Assembly: GCA_964510455.1 (NCBI GenBank)
Contig: CAZECO010000002.1
Location: 2,743-66,742, forward strand
Direction: 5' to 3'
DNA: 64,000 nucleotides
Origin: an uncultured Actinomycetes bacterium
Lineage (GTDB): Bacteria; Actinomycetota; Actinomycetes; S36-B12; GCA-2699445
In this document: positions 55,815 to 64,000 of the stretch, one piece after another
Numbering within the stretch: position 1 is the stretch's first letter
Layout: every line of letters begins with the position of its first letter
Translations under genes and position numbers: made by a program
Notes under the pieces: model-generated
Told to the model about the DNA's origin: nothing
The model's input: only the letters and a program-made list of their open reading frames with translations
Databases searched by the model: none

Positions 55815-58634
55815 ATGTTGACGTTGGCGAAACTGGGCGCACATTCGGTGGCCTACTACGAGTCGACGGTGGAGCGGGACGGTCGGGGCGCGGACGGGCT
55901 GACCACGTACTACGCCGAGGGGAACGACGTCCCGCCGCGGGTGCTCGTAGCCGGCCGGAACCAGGCCGCCGCAGCGGCCCAGTATCGCGACCGGCTCTTG
56001 CTGGAGGACGGCGCAGCGCTGACTGCGGAGCAGGTGGCGGCCTGGTTCGGGCAGCCGGTGGCGCCGAACGGCGAACCGCTGGGCCGTCCGTTCGGGGATC
56101 GCTCGGTCCGCGGCTACGACTTGACCTTCGCGGCGCCGAAGTCCGTATCGCTGCTGGCTGTGTTCGGAGGGGAGCGGACGGCCGCTGAGGTTACCGCCGC
56201 GCACCGGGCGGCGATCGGGCCGGCGATGGCCTATCTGTCGGAGCACGCCGGCTACACCCGCATACACAACCGCGAAACCGGCCGCAAGGACGTGGTTCCG
56301 TTGGCGGGACTTTCGGCGGCCGTCTATGAGCACGGGGCGTCCCGCGCCGACGACCCCCACCTGCATACGCATGTCCTGTTGCACAACCGGCAGCTGCGGC
56401 ACGACGGTCGGGTGGGGTCGCTGGACGGAACGAGCCTGTACCACGAGGCGCGAGCGGCGGGCATGGTCTACCAGGCCACCCTACGCGCCGGGCTGGCGCA
56501 GCGGCTCGGCGTGCGGTGGCGGGCCGTGGACCCCGACACCGGGATGGCCGACCTGGTCGGCATGGAGCAGGGCGTGCTCGACGCTTGGTCGCGGCGGCGC
56601 CGGGAGATCGATGATTGGGTGGCCGACCGCTGCGACACCCGAGGCGGCGGCGGCCGCGACGCCGGGCAGACCGCGACGGGGCAGCGGGCCACCAGGGAGG
56701 CCAAGAAGCACGGCCGCGACCACGGTTGGGACTTCGACCCGCGCGCCGCCGCGATCGACACGGCGGCAGTCCTGGACCGGGCCCCGCAGCGGGATGCGCA
56801 GCCGTCGCCGGAGCAGGTCTTGGCGCACCTGGCTGAGCGGCGGTCCACGTTCACTCGCGCCGACGTGGTGGAGTCGATCGGTGCGCTGTGGCAGACGCCG
56901 GACCAACCGCCGCGGCGGATCCTGGACGCGTTTGAGGAGTTGGCAGGACGGGTGTTGGCGGCATCGGTGCAGCTGTCCCCGGACCCGGTCCACCAGGTCG
57001 GGCGTCGACACGGGCACGAGCGCGAGGGCAGCCTGCGCTACTCGAGCACCCTCGTGCTCCAGCAGGAGGCGCGGCTCCTGCAGCAGGCACTTGCGGTGGA
57101 CCTCGCGCTGGCCGCATCAACGCGGAGCATTCCGCAGATTGAGGGCATCCGGCTGTCGCCAGAGCAGGCTGCGGCCGTCGCGGCGATCGCAGCGTCTCCC
57201 CAGCGCGCCACTCCGCTGGTGGCCGCTGCGGGTACCGGCAAGACCACGGCGCTCGCGGCGCTGCGCTCGGTGTACGAGGCGGACGGCCGCACAGTCGTCG
57301 GTCTGGCGCCCACCGGCCGGGCCGCCGACGAGATGGTCCGCGCCGGCGCGGCCGGGTCTGCCGCGACCATCGCGTCGCTCCTGCTAGCCGCCGACAACTG
57401 GCGCTTGTCCTGGGACGCCCGGACCGTGGTCGTCATCGACGAGGCCGGGATGGTGTCCACGCCGCACCTCGCGAGGCTGGTCGACCTGGCAGAGCGGGTC
57501 GGGGGAAAGGTAGTGCTGGTGGGCGATCCCGCTCAACTCGCGCCGGTGAAGGCCCGCGGCGGCGCGTTCGAAATGCTCGCGGCTGACAGTCCCGACACCG
57601 CGACCCTGAGCGAGGTGTGGCGGCAGCGAGACGCTGGCGAGCGGCAGGCCGGCTTGTGTATGCGCGACGGCAGCCACGCCCAGGCAGCGGCCGCAGCGGA
57701 TTGGTACGCCCGCACCGGGCGGCTGGTGTCAGGCAGCCCCGCAGCGATGCTCGACGACGCCTACGCCGCGTGGTCGGCAGACATGGCCGCCGGACGCGAC
57801 GCGCTGCTGCTGGCGCCCACGCGCGACTGGGTCGCCGCGCTGAACGCCAGGGCCCAGCACGACCGCACCGCCGCCGGCCAGGTGAACGGCCAAAGGGCTC
57901 AGATCGGCGAACGGCAGCAGGCCGGCTGCGGGGACATCATCCTGAGCACCCGGAACGACCGCGACATCCCCGTGTTCGGCGACGGGCGCCGGGCGGGTGG
58001 GGTGCGCAACGGTCAGCGCTGGCAGGTTGCGCGGGTCGGAGAGGACGGCTCGCTGCTCGTACGGCGACTCGGCGACGGAGCGGCTGCTCGCCTGCCCGCC
58101 GAGTACAGCGGAAGCCACGTCCGGCTGGGGTACGCCACCACCGTCCACGCGGCACAGGGCGCCACCGCCGACACGTGTCACGCGCTGCTCGACGCTGCCA
58201 CGAGCCGCCGGTCGCAGGCCTACGTCGCCGCGACCCGCGGCCGCGACGCCACACGTCTGTACATCGCGGAGCGGCGTGCGGGAGACGACTCGCACCAGCA
58301 CGCCGGTGCCCGACCGATCGAGGAGCGCCGGGACGGCTCCGCCGAGGCCACCGATCACCTTCTGCACATCATCGGCCGGGAGGACCGTGACCGGTCGGCA
58401 CACGATGTCCTGCGGGAACTGCGACACACCTACCGGTCGGCGGGCGGCCTGCCGGCGGTGCCGCTCACCGAGGCAGATCTGCTCGACCGGCGGCGCGCAT
58501 CGACTGGCGCTGCCGCTGCGGATGCCTTGGAGCATCTATCCGCCTGTTCGACCGACGACCCGTTGGCCTGGGACAGCGCGGAGGGGTGGGGTGACGACTG
58601 GGGACGTCAGGTCGCGGAAGGACCAGTGTTGTAG
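55815..58634 (+). CDS. MobF/TrwC-type conjugative relaxase with a C-terminal RecD-like helicase
   Basis: 939 aa from the ATG at 55815. Reads MLTLAKLG...YY, with the His triad DDPHLHTHVLLHN, Walker A AAGTGKTT, Walker B VVVIDEAGM and VLVGDPAQL. Confidence 0.9.
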   Translation: MLTLAKLGAHSVAYYESTVERDGRGADGLTTYYAEGNDVPPRVLVAGRNQAAAAAQYRDRLLLEDGAALTAEQVAAWFGQPVAPNGEPLGRPFGDRSVRGYDLTFAAPKSVSLLAVFGGERTAAEVTAAHRAAIGPAMAYLSEHAGYTRIHNRETGRKDVVPLAGLSAAVYEHGASRADDPHLHTHVLLHNRQLRHDGRVGSLDGTSLYHEARAAGMVYQATLRAGLAQRLGVRWRAVDPDTGMADLVGMEQGVLDAWSRRRREIDDWVADRCDTRGGGGRDAGQTATGQRATREAKKHGRDHGWDFDPRAAAIDTAAVLDRAPQRDAQPSPEQVLAHLAERRSTFTRADVVESIGALWQTPDQPPRRILDAFEELAGRVLAASVQLSPDPVHQVGRRHGHEREGSLRYSSTLVLQQEARLLQQALAVDLALAASTRSIPQIEGIRLSPEQAAAVAAIAASPQRATPLVAAAGTGKTTALAALRSVYEADGRTVVGLAPTGRAADEMVRAGAAGSAATIASLLLAADNWRLSWDARTVVVIDEAGMVSTPHLARLVDLAERVGGKVVLVGDPAQLAPVKARGGAFEMLAADSPDTATLSEVWRQRDAGERQAGLCMRDGSHAQAAAAADWYARTGRLVSGSPAAMLDDAYAAWSADMAAGRDALLLAPTRDWVAALNARAQHDRTAAGQVNGQRAQIGERQQAGCGDIILSTRNDRDIPVFGDGRRAGGVRNGQRWQVARVGEDGSLLVRRLGDGAAARLPAEYSGSHVRLGYATTVHAAQGATADTCHALLDAATSRRSQAYVAATRGRDATRLYIAERRAGDDSHQHAGARPIEERRDGSAEATDHLLHIIGREDRDRSAHDVLRELRHTYRSAGGLPAVPLTEADLLDRRRASTGAAAADALEHLSACSTDDPLAWDSAEGWGDDWGRQVAEGPVL

Positions 58635-58680
58635 CCTACACATACAACGCTATACAACATACAGGTTGGGAGTATTGGCC

Positions 58681-59286
58681 ATGGCGCTGAGCTCTGAACA
58701 GATCCACGCGGCAGCCGACGAACTTGACGCGCAGGGGGTGCGCCCCACACTGGCTGCAGTGCGAAAGAGACTGGGGAGTGGATCGTTCACCACCATCAGC
58801 GAGGGCATGTCCACCTGGCGCACCGCCCGGATCGGCGAGCCAGCACGGGCCGAGCCAATCCCCGAGGTCGTCGCGGAACGGTTCGAGGCCATGGCGCGCG
58901 ACGTCTGGGCCGCGGCCGTCGCCCAGGCCGAGGCCCGCCTCGCTGCGGAACGCGAGACGCTCGCGGTTGAGCGCGCCGAACTGCTCTCAGTGCGCGACGA
59001 CGCCCTTGCCACGGCCGACGCGCTCACAGTCGAGTTCGATGAGCACAAGGTGCGAGCGATCGCGGAGGCCGAACAGTTGCGGGAGGCGATGCTCGCAGCC
59101 GAGAAGCGCACCGATGCCGAGCTGGCCCGCGCAGATGAATCGCGGAATGCGGCGGAGAAGGCTCGCGTCGAGTTGGCCGAGTTGGCCGGCCGGCTCACGG
59201 CAGTGCTGCAGGAGCGCGACCGTCTCGCAGCCGACCTAGCAGCCGCGCAGAAGCAGATCGGTCGGTTGACGCCGAAAGGCGCTTAG
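58681..59286 (+). CDS. KfrA-like N-terminal DNA-binding + coiled-coil protein
   Basis: 201 aa. Reads IHAAADELDAQGVRPTLAAVRKRLGSGSFTTISEGM, followed by a long Ala/Glu/Arg coiled coil. Confidence 0.7.
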   Translation: MALSSEQIHAAADELDAQGVRPTLAAVRKRLGSGSFTTISEGMSTWRTARIGEPARAEPIPEVVAERFEAMARDVWAAAVAQAEARLAAERETLAVERAELLSVRDDALATADALTVEFDEHKVRAIAEAEQLREAMLAAEKRTDAELARADESRNAAEKARVELAELAGRLTAVLQERDRLAADLAAAQKQIGRLTPKGA

Positions 59287-59339
59287 CGAGGCTCGCTTTC
59301 CCATCGATGCACTACAAAAGTGTCAGAATTAAGGATACT

Positions 59340-59354
59340 CTTGCAGTATGCAAG
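59340..59354. promoter_or_regulatory. Perfect palindrome CTTGCA-GTA-TGCAAG overlapping the abiEi start codon
   Basis: Read directly. Lies at the end of an AT-rich stretch (59307-59347). AbiEi antitoxins are known autorepressors. Confidence 0.3.
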
Positions 59355-60454
59355 CCCTCGCATCCCTCAGCGTCCTCGCTGAACTTTCCAGCGGCCAGTG
59401 GGGGATGTTCACCGCAGCGCAGGCGGGTCGCCGCGGGGTCTCCCGGCTGGTCCTGTCGCGGCTGGCGGCCGACGGTCACGTGGAGCGACTGGCGCACGGC
59501 GTCTACCGGGACGCCGGGGCTCCAGGCGACGAGCGGGACCAGCTGCGGGCGACATGGCTCGCGATCCGACCAGCGAGCACGGCGGAGGAGCGGCTGTCTT
59601 CGGATACTGCTGAGGCCGTCGTATGCGGAGCGACAGCGGCGTGGCTGCATGGGCTGGGGACCCAGAGGCCCGAACCATACGAGCTCTCAGCTCCGGGCCG
59701 GCTGCAGACTCGACGGACTGACGTGCGGTTCCGGAGGCGCACCCTGGACCGTGCTGGATTCACGATCGTCGGAGGACTGCCGACGACCACGGTGGCCCAG
59801 ACGGTCGCGGACCTGGTGGCCTGGCGGACGGATCTGTCGATAGTCGGGGACGTGGTCGCAGACGCCGTGAGGGCAGGGGTGCTGGACACACGGGAGGCTG
59901 CCGCCCGGCTGGCGCCACTGGCCAGGCGCCACGGACTGCCTCTGAACGACGGGGCGGCGCTGCTGGCCAGGCTAATGCGAATCGGCGGAGTGGACCCCCA
60001 TGCCGTCGCCGCCCGCACCGCTCGAAGCGCGATCGGTGGGCTCGTGGCGGCCGAATACACCGCAGCCGTAGCGCGACAGCTCCAGGCCATAGCGGTCCCC
60101 GACCAACTCATCGAGCAGATCGCGGCGCTCTCGGTGGCCCTCGGGCCGGTTGAGGATGCCCAGCGGGCGATCGGCGAGTCCCTGAGGCAAACGCTTGTGC
60201 CGATGACGGCAGCGATGCGGCAGGAGCTCGAGGCGTCCGAATCCGTGCGGGCGGGTTTCGAGGCCATGGCGGCGCAGAGTCAGGCGATGAGCCGGCAGAT
60301 CGCCGAGTCGGAGTCCGTGCGGAAGACACTCGTGCCGATGGCGGAGGCGACCCTTCAGCAACTCACACAGCTGGCGCCGCTGCTGGAATCTGTCGCCGAG
60401 ATCACCCGCCAGTCCGAGGCTCTCACCGTCGCGGTGGCGAAGGCCGCCTCGTGA
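59348..60454 (+). CDS. AbiEi family antitoxin/transcriptional regulator with an extended repeat-containing C-terminus
   Basis: 368 aa. The N-terminal AbiEi_4-like wHTH reads GMFTAAQAGRRGVSRLVLSRLAADGHVERLAHGVYR. The stop overlaps the abiEii start. Confidence 0.8.
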   Translation: MQALASLSVLAELSSGQWGMFTAAQAGRRGVSRLVLSRLAADGHVERLAHGVYRDAGAPGDERDQLRATWLAIRPASTAEERLSSDTAEAVVCGATAAWLHGLGTQRPEPYELSAPGRLQTRRTDVRFRRRTLDRAGFTIVGGLPTTTVAQTVADLVAWRTDLSIVGDVVADAVRAGVLDTREAAARLAPLARRHGLPLNDGAALLARLMRIGGVDPHAVAARTARSAIGGLVAAEYTAAVARQLQAIAVPDQLIEQIAALSVALGPVEDAQRAIGESLRQTLVPMTAAMRQELEASESVRAGFEAMAAQSQAMSRQIAESESVRKTLVPMAEATLQQLTQLAPLLESVAEITRQSEALTVAVAKAAS

Positions 60455-61395
60455 CTGCCACTGGTCCGTACCCTGACGGCCGTGCAGTAGAGGCGGCGAT
60501 CAAGCGGGCCGCCAGCATGGCAAGCGCTAGGCATCCGAGCCGAGGCACGGCGGATCTCATCCGGCAGGCATACTTCGACCGCTTCCTGTGCCGGGTGTTC
60601 AGCGACGACGACTCGGGGGAGTGGGTCCTCAAAGGCGGCACCGGGGTGCTGGCTCGGGTGGCGGACGCACGAGCGACGGTTGACGTCGATCTGCAGCGCG
60701 CCGTGACTGGCCTTGATGTGGCCCTTGCGGAACTGCGCAGAATGGCCGAACGCGACCTCGACGATCACTTCCGCTTCTTGTACCGCTCCCATGAACCGCT
60801 CCACGCCGCACAGACACAGCCGTACGTCGAGGGGGTCCGGGTCCATTTCGCGCTGATGCTGGGGGCCAAGGAGATCAGCAGTGGCCTCAAGGTGGACCTC
60901 GTCGTCGGCCCGTCGCCCATTGGCTACGTCCGGACGTCGACCCCCGCCAACCGCCTGGATCTTCCGCGCCTGGAGACCTGCGACTACCGGCTCTATCCCG
61001 TGGAGGACCAGATCGCGGACAAGGTGTGCGCCACCCTCGCCCAGTACGGAGGCGATGCTTCAAGCCGCGAGAAGGACCTGGTGGATCTGGTCGTGCTCGC
61101 GACCACCAGCGACCTCGACATGGCCACGCTGCGACGGGCATTGCGGACCGAGACGGGACGCCGCCGCCTCGAGCCATTTGAGGCCTTCGCGGTGCCGCCC
61201 CAGTGGGGCAGGGCGTACATGAATATGGCGGCGGGCGTACCGCTGTGCCGGCAGTTCCCAGACGCGCAAGCCGCTGAATCGCTGATCGCAGGAATGCTCG
61301 AACCCGTTCTAAGCGGAAGCGGTAACGGGACATGGATTCCGACGGCGGGTCGATGGATCACCGAGATCCGGGATGCGCCAGGCCAGACGAACTAG
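60451..61395 (+). CDS. AbiEii/AbiGii family nucleotidyltransferase toxin
   Basis: 314 aa. Reads WVLKGGTGVLARV...RATVDVDL, the NTase G-G and DxD motifs (DUF1814 pattern). Confidence 0.85.
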   Translation: MTATGPYPDGRAVEAAIKRAASMASARHPSRGTADLIRQAYFDRFLCRVFSDDDSGEWVLKGGTGVLARVADARATVDVDLQRAVTGLDVALAELRRMAERDLDDHFRFLYRSHEPLHAAQTQPYVEGVRVHFALMLGAKEISSGLKVDLVVGPSPIGYVRTSTPANRLDLPRLETCDYRLYPVEDQIADKVCATLAQYGGDASSREKDLVDLVVLATTSDLDMATLRRALRTETGRRRLEPFEAFAVPPQWGRAYMNMAAGVPLCRQFPDAQAAESLIAGMLEPVLSGSGNGTWIPTAGRWITEIRDAPGQTN

Positions 61396-61811
61396 CGCAA
61401 CCCGCCTCGGCCCCTGGCGAACGACCGCGGCGGCGGCTCTGCGATCGGGTCGTCCCTGAGGGGTTCAGCGAGACCGAACCCTTGTCCTCACGCTTGCATC
61501 GCCCGGGAAGTACGTCGAGGCGGGGCGGTATAGCGGGTCGCCGAGGCCTCGGGCCAGCGGATCAGCGCTGCGGCGCCGCGCTGCCGGACGGCTAGAGGAC
61601 TGTTCGTTTGCGTCCTCGGCCGTGCTTGGGGAAGCGTCGTCTTTGGGGCTGGGTGCTCGAAATTCCGTCATGGCGCACGGTTGCACGGGGCTCCGACGCA
61701 TGGCCAGAGACCCACCTTGGCTGATCCTGGCTGATCGCACGCTTGACGAGCGTTCGGTGCCATGAGCAAGGGCACGCTCGCCATCGTTGGCGAGATGTCC
61801 GGTCTCAAGGT

Positions 61812-64000
61812 TCACGTGGTGGATGCGGATTCCTGAGCCGTCGTGAACAGTCGTTCTCGCTCGGCCGCGATGACCTCACGTGCCAGTTCTGCCTCTGACA
61901 CGTCGACTGCTTCCGGCGCGCTGGCAGCGGTCTCGCTGAGCCTCGCGAAGTCGTCGAAGAGCCTCCGCTTGCGAGCCAGGATCTCCGTGACCCGCTGATC
62001 GACGCCTTCTTCGGAGAGCAGCCGATGGACTTGGACCAACTCGAGTTGTCCCATCCGGTGCGCCCGGGCGATGGCCTGCCACTCTGTCGTGGGCTTGAGT
62101 TGCGGTTCGCAGATCACGACGACCGAGGCCGCTTGGATGTTTAGGCCCACACCGCCAGCCTCGATCTGTGACACGAGAACTGCGCCATGTCCGGCAGCCG
62201 AGAATTGGTCCACCATGTCCTGACGTACGGGCGGGCGCGTGGATCCAGTGAGCGGTCCGAATACTTCACCGGGCAGGATCTGGGTCAACTGGTCCAGAAC
62301 CTGGCGGAAATGCGAGAACACGATCACCCGGCGCCGGTTCGACTCGGCCTCCGCGACCAGTTCGATCAGCCGCTGCACTTTTGCGGATCGCGTCCCTTGG
62401 GACATCGCGGACTGCCGCATCGCCATGAAGTTCCCGATAGCCACCGCCTGCCGGTATGACGCGAAGTCCTCGGCCGACATCGGCAGATACTCCTCCACCT
62501 CCACCAGGTCGGGGAGTTCGAGGAGGACATCCTCCTGATTCCTACGCAGGTAGGCAGGTGCCACTTGCTGCCTGAACCGTCGGGGTGCGAGTTCTTGGGC
62601 GTCCACGACAAGGTCTGGTCGCAGGTAGGCGATCAGGTTGCGGAACTCATCGATGCGGTTCTCCAGCGGCGTTCCCGTCATCAGGATGGCCAGGTCGGCC
62701 GACTCCAGAACGCGGGCGACCCTCTGTGAGCGCAGGGCGTTGGGGTTCTTGATGTAGTGGGCCTCATCGACCACGACACAGCCGAGGTCGATGACGCTTG
62801 ATAACTGTTCCTGGATCGAGCCGAGCGTCTCGAAGGTCGTGACAGCCACGCCTCCGTCACGAACCCAGGTGGTGGCGGCGCCAAGGCGCTGTGGACCGTG
62901 CACCCGATGTGGTCGCAGCGCGGATTTGGACGACACTTCACGGATCCAGTTGGTGACCACGGCAGCAGGGCAGACCACTAATGCGTGCGAAGAACCGTTC
63001 GCCCGCAGATGGGCCAGGACTGCGAGCGCTTCAACGGTCTTCCCGAGGCCCATCTCATCGCCGATGATCACTCGACGTTGAACAATCGCGAAACGGGCGC
63101 CGAAGCTCTGGTAGCCGCGCAGCGATGCGGACAGGTAGCTGGTGTCCAGTTCCAGGGCCCTGACTGCTTCGACGATGTCCTCCGGCAGGTCACCGTGCGT
63201 CTTCTGTTCGTCCTCCAAGATGAAGCCGAGTTCGGACAACATCGCGAAGTAGTCAGCCGGACGAGCCATCAAGTCGTCCCAGGGGTTCACCGCGGCCACT
63301 GAGCTTGGCGCACGCGAGACGGTTCGGGCGAGGCCGATCACTCGCTGGACATCTTCAAGGAGTCCGCCCAAGGGTTGTCCCCCGGCGGCGAACACCGCCA
63401 GGTGGCTGACACTCGGATCGAGCGAGCGGGCGAGGCCCGCCAGGGCCTCGACAAGGTCCAGGTCGGCCGCGGACCGCTTGAATCTGCGGACGGCGTCCCA
63501 AGCAGCGAGCCGGCGGACGAATTCAGTTGTCAGATCAGTCGGATTCGTGACGTCGATCCGCGCTGGCATCTCATCGAATGTCGTTTGCCAGATCGTGTGG
63601 GCGGCCCCACGGATCCGGGTGGCGGTGGTCGGGCCTATCCCGGGGTACAGCTCCAGCCGGGTACCGTGGTCGAGGACGGACAGCACGGTGGCGAATCCCG
63701 CATCCGTCAAGGCGCCGACCCGCAGCCGGTCCCGGGTTGCCTCCCGGAGCCGGTCGACTGGCATCTCGGCCAGGAGCTTCCGTGTCTCGGCACTTCGGAT
63801 GTCGTTTCCCGCCTGCACAGCGGATGAGCGGTGGGCCGACTCCTGGCTCAGGGCATTCTTGATCGTTGACAGTGCCGAGGGCAGACCTGCGACGCCGCCC
63901 GCCGAGAAGATGTCCCGGTTGCCTCCCAGGTCGTTCAGCCGAGGTGCGAGTCCAACCCAGTCGGCCAATGCGTCCTCGACCCGGACGCCATCAGAAGGGC
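61812..64000 (-). CDS. SNF2 family helicase (partial; reading frame stays open to the window edge)
   Basis: Carries LRGYQSFG, DEMGLGKT, the DEAH box VVDEAHYIKN, LMTGTPLENR and the C-terminal motifs QAIARAHRMGQ. The TTG at 63968 is the first in-window start, but the frame continues (..PSDGVRVEDA) to base 64000. Confidence 0.85.
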   Translation of the reverse strand, partial: PSDGVRVEDALADWVGLAPRLNDLGGNRDIFSAGGVAGLPSALSTIKNALSQESAHRSSAVQAGNDIRSAETRKLLAEMPVDRLREATRDRLRVGALTDAGFATVLSVLDHGTRLELYPGIGPTTATRIRGAAHTIWQTTFDEMPARIDVTNPTDLTTEFVRRLAAWDAVRRFKRSAADLDLVEALAGLARSLDPSVSHLAVFAAGGQPLGGLLEDVQRVIGLARTVSRAPSSVAAVNPWDDLMARPADYFAMLSELGFILEDEQKTHGDLPEDIVEAVRALELDTSYLSASLRGYQSFGARFAIVQRRVIIGDEMGLGKTVEALAVLAHLRANGSSHALVVCPAAVVTNWIREVSSKSALRPHRVHGPQRLGAATTWVRDGGVAVTTFETLGSIQEQLSSVIDLGCVVVDEAHYIKNPNALRSQRVARVLESADLAILMTGTPLENRIDEFRNLIAYLRPDLVVDAQELAPRRFRQQVAPAYLRRNQEDVLLELPDLVEVEEYLPMSAEDFASYRQAVAIGNFMAMRQSAMSQGTRSAKVQRLIELVAEAESNRRRVIVFSHFRQVLDQLTQILPGEVFGPLTGSTRPPVRQDMVDQFSAAGHGAVLVSQIEAGGVGLNIQAASVVVICEPQLKPTTEWQAIARAHRMGQLELVQVHRLLSEEGVDQRVTEILARKRRLFDDFARLSETAASAPEAVDVSEAELAREVIAAERERLFTTAQESASTT

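Noticed and set aside
58635-58680. ATACAAC-type short direct repeats (CACATACAACGCTATACAACATACAGG) between the relaxase and the kfrA-like gene
   Set aside because: There are only two or three very short AT-rich repeats. This is plausibly just the kfrA promoter/RBS region, which is insufficient to call iterons.
61465-61815. A 116-codon ORF whose GTG overlaps the SNF2 stop
   Set aside because: The sequence is low-complexity (Ser/Ala/Arg/Pro-rich) with only moderate codon bias and no recognisable motif. It is kept as a note in the findings rather than called as a feature.

Overview
High-GC (actinobacterial-type) chromosomal window. All family names come from motifs read by eye in the supplied translations; no search was run. 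The window falls into five parts. (1) 1-10.8 kb is a lower-GC defense island. It holds an AlbA_2/Schlafen-like protein, a complete translationally coupled type I R-M operon (hsdM-hsdS-hsdR), an uncharacterised two-gene cassette (winged-helix-like protein + NYN nuclease), a decayed HTH/PIN toxin-antitoxin pair, and a 618-bp IS remnant with 15-bp inverted ends. (2) 11-21.4 kb is housekeeping: SDR, YqeY, MmcQ, GNAT, bfd-bfr with an IdeR-type iron box, Nif3/DUF164/phosphatase, a USP-like::M23 peptidase, ROK kinase and UDG. (3) 21.4-35 kb holds three consecutive minus-strand operons separated by 0.5-0.6 kb spacers that carry repeats. These are a PhaC-like hydrolase + 512-aa unknown, GT4 + unknown + GH130-like glycosidase, and a central triad of a GCS2::circularly-permuted-ATP-grasp fusion ligase + NAGGN-type AsnB amidotransferase + S9 peptidase. 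I consider the triad the best candidate for an undescribed small-molecule (amidated peptide) system. (4) 36-48 kb holds Phd/VapC, DUF485-actP-acs, then LytS/LytTR + DUF485-like + symporter + DUF294 nucleotidyltransferase + membrane-anchored DnaQ-like exonuclease. (5) 48.2-64 kb is a mobile or plasmid-derived defense island that begins at a P450/ferredoxin gene remnant. It holds DUF433/DUF5615, RHH/toxin, GmrSD-type DUF262-DUF1524, HTH/PIN, MobF relaxase, KfrA-like, AbiEi/AbiEii and an SNF2 helicase running off the window edge. Several interspersed repeat families (TGCACCCG-core units, a 54-bp palindrome, a GATTCCGAAG 10-mer) occupy the unusually long intergenic regions. No rRNA, tRNA or CRISPR array was seen.
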